From UHGV virus genome UHGV-0212526: a stretch of 46,532 nucleotides of DNA; one strand, given 5' to 3'. Each line of letters begins with the position of its first letter. The first letter of the stretch is position 1. Source of the stretch: a virus. Positions 25,775 through 34,749 of the stretch are shown here, one piece after another. A program made the translations under genes and the position numbers. The notes beneath the pieces were generated by a model. It did not search any database. It saw only the letters and a list, made by a program, of their open reading frames with translations, and was not told the origin of the DNA.

Positions 25775-26965
25775 TTACTGCTTAATCAAGGTTACATCCT
25801 TTGTCACTGCCTCAGCTGCCACAGTCACCGTCTCGGTAATCTGGCCGTATCCTGATTTCTTAATCTTCGCGGGGTATGTCCCTGCCCGCAGGTTAAACTC
25901 TGCCACACCGGACACGTCCGTTTTAACCCTGGAACCATTCACATCCACAATTGCCCCATCAATGGCTGCTGGTGTCTCGGCGTTGTCTTTAACTGTAAAG
26001 GTTATCTTCTGGGTTGTAACCGGGCTTGTAGGCTCCAGGTAAGCGAATGGACACCCTAAACGGTCTTCATCCATCCGGGTTGCCGGGTTCGGCAGTGCCC
26101 AGCCCATACGAAATACAATTCGCAGCGCCACCATGTCCTGCTGGGCCAGGTTGTACTCAATTTCCTTCGTTACCGGGTCCTGAATCACACCCTGGTCAAG
26201 AATCTTCACCGTCACGTCCTGACGGATGGAATACACCGCCTGTTTGAAATCACCGACAATCAGCTGTGCAATAGTGCTGTCATACGCTCCGTTCTGCGGG
26301 AAATACATCGGTGCCCCATCCAATGCATAATTTGTGGACCCCTGCATGTCGGACTTAAAGATGAGACTGCCATCAGTTGACCGGATGCCCCTCAGCTTTG
26401 CCCTCATGGTCATGGCGGCCAGGGCTCCGGTAGCCATGTAGCCATCTTCCTCCACCTTGGAGATGACACCGCCTTCGCCCAGAAGCAGATTATAATAATC
26501 CGGACTGGATCCCACAGCCACATTGTTTCCCGCCTGTCTGGCCAGCGTGATAATGTCATTCTGCCAGTTACGCGGGCGGTTCACGCCAAAGATGATGGCG
26601 CTATCCACGCGCTGTCCAATTGCCTCATTGACCCTCGGTGTGATCTCACCGAAAATATCAAACTCCGCATCATCCAGCACTGCCTCCGGAATCGGCACAA
26701 TGACTGCCAGCTCTGCGGCCTCAATGAATACATTATCCCAGGCCTGCCTGGTGGTCTGTTTCATGCCGGTATCACCGTCCACCCAATATGCGGTGGGAAG
26801 GAAGTCAAGTACTCTCATTCGTGTCTGGTTGCTTGTCATGTTCGGCAGCTTCCGTGCCAGGGACATGAAAGTGGACTGCTTTGGCGCGTCCTGGAAAATG
26901 GTTGAAATAACCTGCTCACGGATAATGGCCTCCGCGTCGGCCCTGCTTGTAATACTTACTGGCAT
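25775..26965 (-). CDS. major capsid protein with C-terminal Ig-like domain
   Basis: 396 aa after scaffold; last ~75 aa (IDGAIVDVNGSRVKTDVSGVAEFNLRAGTYPAKIKKSGYGQITETVTV) resemble Big_2/CarboxypepD_reg-type beta-sandwich decoration domains. Confidence 0.75.
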   Translation of the reverse strand: MPVSITSRADAEAIIREQVISTIFQDAPKQSTFMSLARKLPNMTSNQTRMRVLDFLPTAYWVDGDTGMKQTTRQAWDNVFIEAAELAVIVPIPEAVLDDAEFDIFGEITPRVNEAIGQRVDSAIIFGVNRPRNWQNDIITLARQAGNNVAVGSSPDYYNLLLGEGGVISKVEEDGYMATGALAAMTMRAKLRGIRSTDGSLIFKSDMQGSTNYALDGAPMYFPQNGAYDSTIAQLIVGDFKQAVYSIRQDVTVKILDQGVIQDPVTKEIEYNLAQQDMVALRIVFRMGWALPNPATRMDEDRLGCPFAYLEPTSPVTTQKITFTVKDNAETPAAIDGAIVDVNGSRVKTDVSGVAEFNLRAGTYPAKIKKSGYGQITETVTVAAEAVTKDVTLIKQ

Positions 26966-26979
26966 AATCTAAATCCTCC

Positions 26980-27513
26980 TTATTCTCTGCCCAAGATACT
27001 TCTTAAGGCATTATTTGCTTGTGTCCTTGTGTCATCTGTTTTCTCACCACCTGGCCCAGGAGTAGGCGCAACCACCCGGGGAATACCGACGTCCTGAAAC
27101 AGATAGCCCTTATCCTTCTTAACAGCTTCCAAAGCAGCCTTGATATCTGATTCCTGGTTCTTGCTCCCCTTCAGCTTCTCCACATCCAAGAAGGGCATAA
27201 CTGCCTTGATGTCCCTGGGCTTAAACCCTTCTGCGGTAGTCTTCAGCAGATCGTTAAAATCCCGCTCCGCCAGCTGCTTCTGATACTCAGCGTCTTTATT
27301 GGCCAGGTCTGTAGTTAGGGTCTGTATCTTCCCCTGGAGCTCCGATATGTTGACGCCTTCAAAGCTCTTAAGGGTAGCCTGCGCCGTGCAAAGCTGGGTT
27401 TTGTATGTGTCCCTCTCCTGCTTAATCCCATTGATGTCTTTGCCATATTCAGCCATGACATAATCAATCTGTTCCTGGGTTAACCCCTTTGCCTGTAAAT
27501 CCTCTGTCTTCAT
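26980..27513 (-). CDS. head scaffolding protein
   Basis: 177-aa alpha-helical, charged protein between MuF-like and capsid genes. Confidence 0.7.
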   Translation of the reverse strand: MKTEDLQAKGLTQEQIDYVMAEYGKDINGIKQERDTYKTQLCTAQATLKSFEGVNISELQGKIQTLTTDLANKDAEYQKQLAERDFNDLLKTTAEGFKPRDIKAVMPFLDVEKLKGSKNQESDIKAALEAVKKDKGYLFQDVGIPRVVAPTPGPGGEKTDDTRTQANNALRSILGRE

Positions 27514-27613
27514 CTTCTTTTCCTTTCCTGCCCGTCCTTAGGTTATTTGTAGGTGTGTAACCATTCACCAACGGCTAACTGTTTTAGGTCTTATCATCTG
27601 ACCGATTTTTAAA

Positions 27614-27643
27614 CATAATAAAAGCACCTGACTAGTCAGATGC
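27614..27643 (-). terminator. terminator-like hairpin GCATCTGACTAGTCAGGTGC + TTTTATTATG (copy B of shared motif)
   Basis: near-palindromic 20-mer (two G.U wobbles) followed by U-rich tract on the minus strand, ~100 nt upstream of scaffold gene; shares CATAATAAAAGCACCTG (plus-strand) with the 33053..33091 element. Confidence 0.45.
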
Positions 27644-27792
27644 TTCGTTCTCCCATTTATATTTATAATCCTTACATATATCCTCCGGCGGCTTTTGAGC
27701 TAATACAATTTCTCTCGGTATGCCTTGTGGATATACTCTGCATTTCATACCCTTTTCACAGTATTCACATTTAAGGCATATAGGAATCACAA

Positions 27793-29547
27793 TCACTGCT
27801 TTCGCCACCTTTCAATATGTTTTATAACTAATTGTTTAGCTTCATCCGGAACAGCTTCATTATTTCTCATTTTTACAAATGCTTCGGCCAGGGTTTCAAA
27901 TCCATCCTTCATGGCATCCGAATATCCGGATACTCCTGGAACATATTGACTTTCCAATCGCTCTTTGAAGGCATTGTATCCAGAAATAGTTTTAAATTGT
28001 TGGCCTGCCATTACGTGGGTCATTTCATGGATAGCATGGTCCTTGATGGTGCGGCCGGCAAAATAACCAGTCTCATAACCAGCCTTCACAATCCTTCTAA
28101 AATCAGAGAAATTATAGCCTTTATTGATTACGAACTCAACTTCCCTTGACCCATGATTATCAACTACCCTTGTCAGGTATGGGGTGTCTGGGAATCTGTC
28201 ACTCACATCCTGCACTAACGCTCGGTCAATCCGAAGGTCATATTCCCGTTTCATTTCATCTATTCCTGATTGAATTTCATCGACTATATCTGGGGTAATA
28301 TTTTTTGCGTTCAAGGCTTCATTTGGAAGTCTTATCTCTTTTATTATATCAGCTTTGGCAGCCACCGCAACTATATCTTTTGATACCCTCAGCCGTTCCC
28401 GTTGCTGCCGTAGCCCCATTTCTTTTGAAAAATCCAGATAGGTCTTATTGGTCAGCCGCAACCGGCATCTAGCCGCCGTGACATCTTCCTTGTCTGCTCC
28501 GGCCTTTTCCAGGAGTTCCACATCCTGTTTCTGCTTTCGGATGGTACGCTCCAGGCGGCGCTGATGCTGCAACGCCGCATAGGTGTCATATTCCCGGCCT
28601 TTATATACCTTTTTCTCATTTTCCTTCTGGTTCTGCTCTGCCAGCCACTCATCCGTGTATTTGCGCTTGCTTATGCCCGGTATAAAGGCAAAGGCGATGT
28701 GATAACAGTTAATTCCTCCAAAGCCAAGCATCTGCCCTTTTCCGCAAACGGTCCGCATCTCCTCACTGCTATAGACCTTCCCCTGCCAGCTCTGGTGGTT
28801 CTGATAGCCTGTCCCAGTATTTCTGGCCCCCATGTGCCAGTCCACCTCGCAGTAGTCTGTCTGCAGTGCCTCCATGTTCTTCTCGTTGACCTTATCTGTC
28901 ATCTGGGCCACGCCCGTCATCACCGCGCGCCTTGCTGCCACCTCAATCCGGTCAGACTTTCCAGATGCATAATCCACCGTCCGGATGCCGCTGGCCGTCA
29001 TCTCGTCAATCACCTCACCGATAGCCTGGCTGTATGTCCTGGCGCCGGTGGTGATTCCCAGCATGGCCTTGTCCAGGCTGCGCTCCAGGTATTCTGATAG
29101 TGGCGTGAATACCTTCTTGCTGCCGCCCATCGGCACGTTGAAGCCCGTTGTCTGAGTGATGTTTTCCAGTGGCCGCAGGCCGTCCTTGGTCTGTCTCCTG
29201 GCAGCATCCACAATCTGCTGCAGCCATTGGTTGCCCTCATAGGGCTGGTAGCCCTTGCCAGCAGCCTCATAGATTGCCTTGTTGCGGATGCAGTCAGACT
29301 TGACCGCCTGTTCATAGATGTCATCCACCTGAAGGCCCGCCTTTCTGATGCCCTCACCTATCAGCTGTTTAATTCGCACCCGGCCTGCTCCAATGGCATC
29401 CATCCTCACCAACAGCCAGTCAATGACCGGAGTAACCCGTGCAGCCTCCTTGATGCGCTGTATAATCTCATCCATGATGGACAGCTCCAGAGCCGTCATG
29501 GTGCGCTCCAATGGTTTGGGCAGCTTCTCCAGCTCCTCTGGTGTCAA
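27793..29547 (-). CDS. minor head protein, SPP1 gp7 / Phage_Mu_F family, with C-terminal HEXXH-containing extension
   Basis: 584 aa downstream of portal (classic MuF position); central region fits MuF head-morphogenesis domain; C-terminal ~200 aa contains DHAIHEMTHVMAG. Confidence 0.8.
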   Translation of the reverse strand: MTPEELEKLPKPLERTMTALELSIMDEIIQRIKEAARVTPVIDWLLVRMDAIGAGRVRIKQLIGEGIRKAGLQVDDIYEQAVKSDCIRNKAIYEAAGKGYQPYEGNQWLQQIVDAARRQTKDGLRPLENITQTTGFNVPMGGSKKVFTPLSEYLERSLDKAMLGITTGARTYSQAIGEVIDEMTASGIRTVDYASGKSDRIEVAARRAVMTGVAQMTDKVNEKNMEALQTDYCEVDWHMGARNTGTGYQNHQSWQGKVYSSEEMRTVCGKGQMLGFGGINCYHIAFAFIPGISKRKYTDEWLAEQNQKENEKKVYKGREYDTYAALQHQRRLERTIRKQKQDVELLEKAGADKEDVTAARCRLRLTNKTYLDFSKEMGLRQQRERLRVSKDIVAVAAKADIIKEIRLPNEALNAKNITPDIVDEIQSGIDEMKREYDLRIDRALVQDVSDRFPDTPYLTRVVDNHGSREVEFVINKGYNFSDFRRIVKAGYETGYFAGRTIKDHAIHEMTHVMAGQQFKTISGYNAFKERLESQYVPGVSGYSDAMKDGFETLAEAFVKMRNNEAVPDEAKQLVIKHIERWRKQ

Positions 29548-29559
29548 TCACATCACCGC

Positions 29560-30939
29560 CTATTCTTCTGTCATTGCCGGTTCCGGCAGATTCTTGACCG
29601 CCTCTTCCAGTGTTTCCCCATAATACTTAGCCCGATACTCTTCTAATCTCATAACTCCCATCGCTACATCCTTGCGATCCTGCTCCCGCTCAGTCTCTGC
29701 GTCAACCATCACACTGTCATCCCAGTCAGATGACACTTCGCAATCATTGCCGGCCGGAACCAATCCATATAATGCCGACCAGAAACTCATAGCATACACC
29801 AGGTCTTCCAAGGCATCCTGCAGAGCCATTTGGGTGTCCGATACCATCACATAAGAGCGCTGCTTGCTGGTCTTAATCTCAGTGGCTGTCTTATCCACGC
29901 TCTGTGGGTCTGACAGGGTGCCATAGGCCAGGTTACAGTTGAACTCCACCAGCTTCAGCTGGTTATTAAATCCGTTAAACAAGGCTGTGTCCCTTATTTC
30001 TGGGCTGAAGGTGTCAATGAAAGGCTTATCCGCGGCGCCCGTATTGTATTCCACGTTTCGGTATAACCGTTCCTTACCTCCCGGATACTCAAACTTGTCT
30101 CGGTCCTGGTTGTACTTTAGCAGGGAGGTGGCAATATGGACAGCCAGCTGTGTCCCCTCATACTCCCAGCAGATGTTGGAATAGCGCCTGTCTGCCTCCC
30201 GGATCAGGTCCACGGCCCTGGAAAACACAGATACGCCCAGTGGGCTGTCGGAATCGTCCGCATTGGCCAACGGTACCTTAAAGTACCCAAACAGCAACCG
30301 GTCTGCCCCCTCAAGTAGCAGCTCCGGAACCAGCTCCGACCACCTGTCTATGGAGCTGACCACCACTTCGCTGCCAAGGCTGTAATCATTTGTGGCCACA
30401 AATGCACGGTTGGTAATATGTACCCGTTTTCCCTGCAGCGTGTGTACCTCCAGCCTGGTATATATCTTCTGACCCTTCCGGAACTGCTCTGTGAATACAC
30501 ACTGCGTAATCCGACCGGAACTATCGAAAGACAACGGGAAGAAACAATCAGCCTGTACAAACTGTACTTCAATACCCTGCTGGGTAATGTACGGCTTCAT
30601 CACCAGGCCGCCTTTAGCACATCCGTATTCGACATACCGGCGCAAATCCTTGATCACCTTACGCTGATATTGCTCATTTAGGTAATCCGCCGCCGTTCCA
30701 CCTGTCACCTCAGATTTAAGCTCCAACGTCACCAGGCGCGCAATCTCTGAGGCAATGGCCGGCGCTAAGTTCGCACTGAGCACGTCCTTGTTATTCACCC
30801 AGGGGGACCGGTTCTCATACATCCGGGTCCACAACTCTATCTGGTTCGCCATCTGGGATGTCAGGCACACATCCACCTGCGTGTCCGCATCCTTATTCAG
30901 GACATTCGTGATTAAGTCCAGCATCTTTGTGAATCTCAT
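29560..30939 (-). CDS. portal protein (SPP1 gp6 type)
   Basis: 459 aa directly downstream of TerL; architecture consistent with SPP1-type portals. Confidence 0.85.
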   Translation of the reverse strand: MRFTKMLDLITNVLNKDADTQVDVCLTSQMANQIELWTRMYENRSPWVNNKDVLSANLAPAIASEIARLVTLELKSEVTGGTAADYLNEQYQRKVIKDLRRYVEYGCAKGGLVMKPYITQQGIEVQFVQADCFFPLSFDSSGRITQCVFTEQFRKGQKIYTRLEVHTLQGKRVHITNRAFVATNDYSLGSEVVVSSIDRWSELVPELLLEGADRLLFGYFKVPLANADDSDSPLGVSVFSRAVDLIREADRRYSNICWEYEGTQLAVHIATSLLKYNQDRDKFEYPGGKERLYRNVEYNTGAADKPFIDTFSPEIRDTALFNGFNNQLKLVEFNCNLAYGTLSDPQSVDKTATEIKTSKQRSYVMVSDTQMALQDALEDLVYAMSFWSALYGLVPAGNDCEVSSDWDDSVMVDAETEREQDRKDVAMGVMRLEEYRAKYYGETLEEAVKNLPEPAMTEE

Positions 30940-30953
30940 CGTCCCCTCACCTC

Positions 30954-32333
30954 CTATCCATACTTTATGAGCCTGCTAATCTGCCGTTCAAACGTATACT
31001 CAAAGCTGTCCAGGCTGTCAATATCGCTTGTGCCATCATCTAACCGGACATTCTTCGTCAATTCCTTTGGGTCCCACACGGCTGTGCTCAGGGCATCCAC
31101 AAGGCTCTGACACTCTCCCTGGACATAATAAAAACGCCCCTGTGCCATCAGTATGGCGGTGGCGTTAATCCTGTCATTAATTTCAGTCTTCAGTGCATTT
31201 TCTACACGTACCCATCCAAGTCCATGTTTACGCAAGCTGCTCCGGATGCCAGCTATCAGCGTCTGCTCTGCGCTGTCTGCATACACTGTTGTAATGTACC
31301 CGTACCTGCTGATAATCTTCTGGCAGAAGTTACAGAACATGGTCCCCAGCATTTCTGGGTCAATCTCTATCTGATTCCCCTTCTCGTCCTTGCAGCCAAT
31401 CCATTCTGATGCCAGGACAACCACGTTATGGTATCCCCTGGTGATGGCTGTGGCCGTGAAGGCATGGCCGGAACCACTGCCGCCAAAATCAATCCCCAGA
31501 ATAATTTCCATGATGTCTTTAGGTTTATCTGTCAGGCGGAACGTGTACTGCTTGGTACTCGTATCATCAGCAAACCGGCGATAGATAAGGCCGTTGGCCA
31601 CCACGCGCATTCCCTTGATGTCCCGGAGGTACCAGATACTGTTCTTATCATACCGGCTTTCTACCTCCCGCAGACGCTCTGGGGTGATGTTGATGTTGTC
31701 GTAGATGGTGCAGTGCATATAGTTGTATCCGCCCGGGAAGTCCCCTGCATCTGCCTGCCTTTGATACTTGTCTATATACTCCGCATAGATGGGTGCTCTT
31801 GGGTTATCCGGATTCAGGTCCCAGAACACCTTCAGGCGCTGGGCTGCCAGCTGACGGTTGAATGCCTCCTTGATGGTATTGTCATGATGCAGGTTAATCT
31901 CAGTTGCAATCCACATGCCGTAGGAGTTACCACGAATCTTTTTATAGCTGTCTTCTTTGGCAGCTCCCGCAAATATGATAATCTTCTGCTTCCACCGGGT
32001 ATCCGGTCCCTTGATATACAGAGCCTCATTGTCTTTATACTTCCCCCAGTGGCATTGACCACGGAATATCCATTCAAGGCCATAGCCATTGGCGTCACCG
32101 ATGTTAAGCTTGGCGTTGGCCATCGTGGATCCAGTGGCCAGGTGGATCCGGTCTGGTGTGGTTTTTAATTCATGGGCGAAGGCAAACACGTTATCCACTG
32201 TCTTGCCGGCACGGACCGCACCTTCCGCCACGTTATACATACAGGCTTCGCACCTGCGTATATAATCCTTGTGCTTTTCGGAAAAGTTAAACGGGATGGT
32301 CTTTTTCCTGACAAACCTATTTACCGCTGCCAT
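30954..32333 (-). CDS. terL: terminase large subunit
   Basis: Walker A GAVRAGKT near N-terminus; C-terminal nuclease-like acidic residues; overlaps TerS stop. Confidence 0.9.
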   Translation of the reverse strand: MAAVNRFVRKKTIPFNFSEKHKDYIRRCEACMYNVAEGAVRAGKTVDNVFAFAHELKTTPDRIHLATGSTMANAKLNIGDANGYGLEWIFRGQCHWGKYKDNEALYIKGPDTRWKQKIIIFAGAAKEDSYKKIRGNSYGMWIATEINLHHDNTIKEAFNRQLAAQRLKVFWDLNPDNPRAPIYAEYIDKYQRQADAGDFPGGYNYMHCTIYDNINITPERLREVESRYDKNSIWYLRDIKGMRVVANGLIYRRFADDTSTKQYTFRLTDKPKDIMEIILGIDFGGSGSGHAFTATAITRGYHNVVVLASEWIGCKDEKGNQIEIDPEMLGTMFCNFCQKIISRYGYITTVYADSAEQTLIAGIRSSLRKHGLGWVRVENALKTEINDRINATAILMAQGRFYYVQGECQSLVDALSTAVWDPKELTKNVRLDDGTSDIDSLDSFEYTFERQISRLIKYG

Positions 32334-33036
32334 AGATATCCCCCTCTATCTCCTCCATGTCCTCCAGCTCCTGGTTGTTCCCGGTTAGCTTATCCGTCTG
32401 CGCCCGGAGCTGTGCAATCCGCGCCTTCTGCTCCTCACTGGCCAGCTCCCAGTTTTTATGTAGCAGCTCATCATACTGTTTGATAAGACCCTCCAGCGTT
32501 TTCTGGGCTCTGGCCTGCGCCTGCAGGAAATTTCCCTGCTTGTCCCAGGCCTGCTGTACCTCCCAGCGCTCCTCTGTGACCGTCTCCCCATCCTTATGGC
32601 CTATCTTAGTGATGGTTACATCCTTCTGGTCCCTCACATACATGATGGACTGCGCCCGGATAATGGCGGCATAGGCTATCTGCACCTGGTCCCATAGGAT
32701 GTCCAGCGGGTCCGTGGGCATCTCCTGGATAATGGAAACGGTCTCCTCAGGCAAGTACTTGCTGAAGAAACCGTATTTTTCTGCGTTCTTATTCTGTTTT
32801 GGAGCCCCATGGCCAACAGCATTTTGATTACCCGCAGGAGCTCCTTTATGATTAGTAACGTTACCTTTCGCATTTGGTAACGTTACTTTATCCCACTTGT
32901 CTTGATTTTTCCATTTACGAATCTGTTCTTCTGATACCTGCAACTCGGCAGCTATGTCTTTCAACTGACGTTTTTGCCCACTGTCCAGCCATAGCTGCAG
33001 CGCTTTGTCCCTGTTAGGGCTCCTGGGTCTTGGCAT
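32317..33036 (-). CDS. terS: terminase small subunit
   Basis: N-terminal HTH-like segment plus GAPAGNQNAVGHGAPKQNKNAEKYG motif typical of one TerS family; start MPRPRSP with AGAGGTGG RBS (ORF track 32317..33045). Confidence 0.7.
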   Translation of the reverse strand: MPRPRSPNRDKALQLWLDSGQKRQLKDIAAELQVSEEQIRKWKNQDKWDKVTLPNAKGNVTNHKGAPAGNQNAVGHGAPKQNKNAEKYGFFSKYLPEETVSIIQEMPTDPLDILWDQVQIAYAAIIRAQSIMYVRDQKDVTITKIGHKDGETVTEERWEVQQAWDKQGNFLQAQARAQKTLEGLIKQYDELLHKNWELASEEQKARIAQLRAQTDKLTGNNQELEDMEEIEGDIYGSGK

Positions 33037-33052
33037 AATCACCACCTCTTGT

Positions 33053-33091
33053 CATGGCATAATAAAAGCACCTGCAGGTATCAGCAGATGC
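33053..33091 (-). terminator. terminator-like hairpin GCATCTGC-8nt-GCAGGTGC + TTTTATTATG (copy A), 15 nt upstream of terS
   Basis: 8-bp stem with one G.U, followed by U-rich tract on minus strand; shares CATAATAAAAGCACCTG (plus-strand) with the 27614..27643 element. Confidence 0.45.
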
Positions 33092-33121
33092 AAAAAATCT
33101 TATAAAATATCTATATTCCTC

Positions 33122-33150
33122 TTGACTAGCACGCAAATACGTGCTATAAT
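33122..33150 (+). promoter_or_regulatory. near-consensus sigma-70-type promoter TTGACT-17-TATAAT
   Basis: TTGACTagcacgcaaatacgtgcTATAAT; spacer contains palindrome AGCACGcaaataCGTGCT. Confidence 0.55.
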
Positions 33151-33179
33151 TATATTATCAAAAGAAAGGAGGAACGCAA

Positions 33180-33311
33180 ATGAATGAATCGGCCAGCGAG
33201 ATAATCAAAGACCTCTCAGAAGCACTACTCGCAATCGTCACCGCCATCTGCCTGATAGTAAAGACGAAACGAGATAGTAAATCCAAAAGGTCTAAGAAAA
33301 AGCGAAAGTAA
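33180..33311 (+). CDS. 43-aa membrane peptide with poly-Lys/Arg tail (type I toxin-like)
   Basis: Unlisted ORF MNESASEIIKDLSEALLAIVTAICLIVKTKRDSKSKRSKKKRK; AAAGGAGG RBS 8 nt upstream; own promoter and terminator. Confidence 0.45.
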   Translation: MNESASEIIKDLSEALLAIVTAICLIVKTKRDSKSKRSKKKRK

Positions 33312-33316
33312 GGTTT

Positions 33317-33340
33317 GGGGCTTCGGCCCCTTCCTTCTTC
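33317..33340 (+). terminator. rho-independent terminator GGGGC-TTCG-GCCCC + TTCCTTCTT
   Basis: GC stem with tetraloop followed by T-rich run, 6 nt after peptide stop. Confidence 0.55.
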
Positions 33341-33346
33341 ACATAT

Positions 33347-33382
33347 AGTATACCACATTCATTTGCTGAAATAAACATGAAA
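33347..33382 (-). promoter_or_regulatory. minus-strand extended -10 promoter (TGgTATACT) convergent with the peptide gene
   Basis: reverse complement of ~33347-33355 reads TGGTATACT; transcript would run antisense across the terminator, peptide ORF and its promoter toward the 33053..33091 hairpin and terS. Confidence 0.4.
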
Positions 33383-33537
33383 CTTTACCGTACAATATTG
33401 ATAGTACTCACTGTACTTTTCCTCTATGAAGGGTTCAATGGTGAATTTGCCGCGCCAACCCTGTTTGATTGGATTAAGTGGGCTGCATGGCTTTTCTGCT
33501 CCATCACCTACGTCATATGCTCCAGGAGGAACAAACG

Positions 33538-33729
33538 ATGCGATTAAAGGAAATACGAACTGAAAAAGGGTTATCTGTCCCAAAACTTGTTGAACTGTCC
33601 GGCGTTCCCCGTCGTACCATCCAGGACCTGGAGGCCCGGGGAGACGGCAGGGTATCAACGGCAATCAAACTGGCGGATGCTCTGGGCGTCACGCTGGATG
33701 AACTCTGCAGGGATGAGGCGGCCGAATAG
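33538..33729 (+). CDS. small XRE-family HTH protein (63 aa)
   Basis: MRLKEIRTEKGLSVPKLVELSGVPRRTIQDLEARGDGRVSTAIKLADALGVTLDEL is a textbook XRE HTH; AGGAGG RBS before ATG ~33538 (inside ORF 33478..33729). Confidence 0.6.
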   Translation: MRLKEIRTEKGLSVPKLVELSGVPRRTIQDLEARGDGRVSTAIKLADALGVTLDELCRDEAAE

Positions 33730-33811
33730 GCCGTCTTTCCTTTGTTTGTTTTGGGGTATGGGAAAGGGCCACCCGGAAGAGGCCCCTAATCATCGCCTTT
33801 TATATGATAAA

Positions 33812-34450
33812 TTATGGCTTTTCTTCCTCATCTATCATTTCAAGAACTCTTGTCACAGCATATATATTGAACAGTTGAAAAATTGTAGAAACGAAACTAA
33901 CTGTCCTCCACAGTATTATTCCAATAAAAATAAAATAAACCGCAATTAAACTTACTGCAATCACATTATTTACTATCATGTTTAAAAATAATGTAAAACT
34001 GTCAGGCAAACAAAACATCACTATTTTCATAATCAATGTTACAATTATCGCAATAACATACAATAGCATTAAATATACAAAATTCTCATTGATATCTTGT
34101 AATCTACTCTTTTCTCCTCCGTCACATACTTTTGTGTCTTTTAGAAGTTGAAGTAACATCTGTTTATTCATAAAGGCTTGTAGCAAGGAATATCCAGTGA
34201 AAATCACTCCGAAAAGTGCTAGTGAAACATTTAAAATAGCATCTATACTTTCTCTGAAAATAGTGACTGTTTCTTTATGAATTCCGACTATGGAACCGAG
34301 GATACAACATATAACTACTAATATCCATCGTGATTTCCTATTCTTCTTTTCAACTTTAAGAGCTTTGATTGCTTTAAAAAGTAACTTTTCAGAAGGTTCA
34401 GATTGAAGTAATTGTTCAATATTATCAAGATTTAAATTATCCATAATCAT
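33812..34450 (-). CDS. AT-rich ~212-aa integral membrane protein (about four TM helices), function unknown
   Basis: ORF 33812..34492 trimmed to MIMDNLNL start after GGGAGGGGG RBS; hydrophobic segments WILVVICCILGSIVGI, VSLALFGVIFTGYSLL, VYLMLLYVIAIIVTLIMKIVMF, VIAVSLIAVYFIFIGIILW; composition far more AT-rich than the phage backbone. Confidence 0.6.
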   Translation of the reverse strand: MIMDNLNLDNIEQLLQSEPSEKLLFKAIKALKVEKKNRKSRWILVVICCILGSIVGIHKETVTIFRESIDAILNVSLALFGVIFTGYSLLQAFMNKQMLLQLLKDTKVCDGGEKSRLQDINENFVYLMLLYVIAIIVTLIMKIVMFCLPDSFTLFLNMIVNNVIAVSLIAVYFIFIGIILWRTVSFVSTIFQLFNIYAVTRVLEMIDEEEKP

Positions 34451-34509
34451 CCCCCTCCCAATTCCACAAATCTTACAAAAACACATCCACATCTTCTCTT
34501 CGTAACCAC

Positions 34510-34538
34510 AGTATAGAACAAATGTTCGATTCTGTCAA
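34510..34538 (-). promoter_or_regulatory. consensus promoter TTGACA-17-TATACT for the membrane protein gene
   Basis: minus strand reads TTGACAgaatcgaacatttgttcTATACT ~60 nt upstream of the RBS. Confidence 0.5.
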
Positions 34539-34551
34539 ATTAGAATATTTA

Positions 34552-34570
34552 ATGAGTATAAGCTACTCAT
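34552..34570. promoter_or_regulatory. inverted repeat ATGAGTA-5nt-TACTCAT just upstream of the -35
   Basis: 7-bp arms read directly; candidate operator. Confidence 0.3.
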
Positions 34571-34723
34571 AATAAAAGGACACCCTATCTCTAGGATGCC
34601 CTAATCGTATCTGGAAAACATCATGGGGGATAAAACCAGATACCTCACCGCTTGCATACCCTGCGGCATTGTCCCGTAATGTACGGGTCTGTCTTATGAG
34701 GGATTACACAATACCGGTTAGTC

Positions 34724-34749
34724 AGCCGCCAGGGTGTGACACCTGGCGG
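34724..34749. other. perfect 9-bp-stem hairpin GCCGCCAGG-gtgtgaca-CCTGGCGGC
   Basis: in the 350-bp non-coding stretch between the ArpU-like gene stop and the membrane-protein promoter; followed on plus strand by cgTTATTTGTG. Confidence 0.35.

Noticed and set aside
33158-33664. Minus-strand ORFs 33158..33358 and 33359..33664
   Set aside because: They overlap the better-supported plus-strand peptide and XRE-HTH genes, which have proper RBS, promoter and terminator. No RBS of their own.
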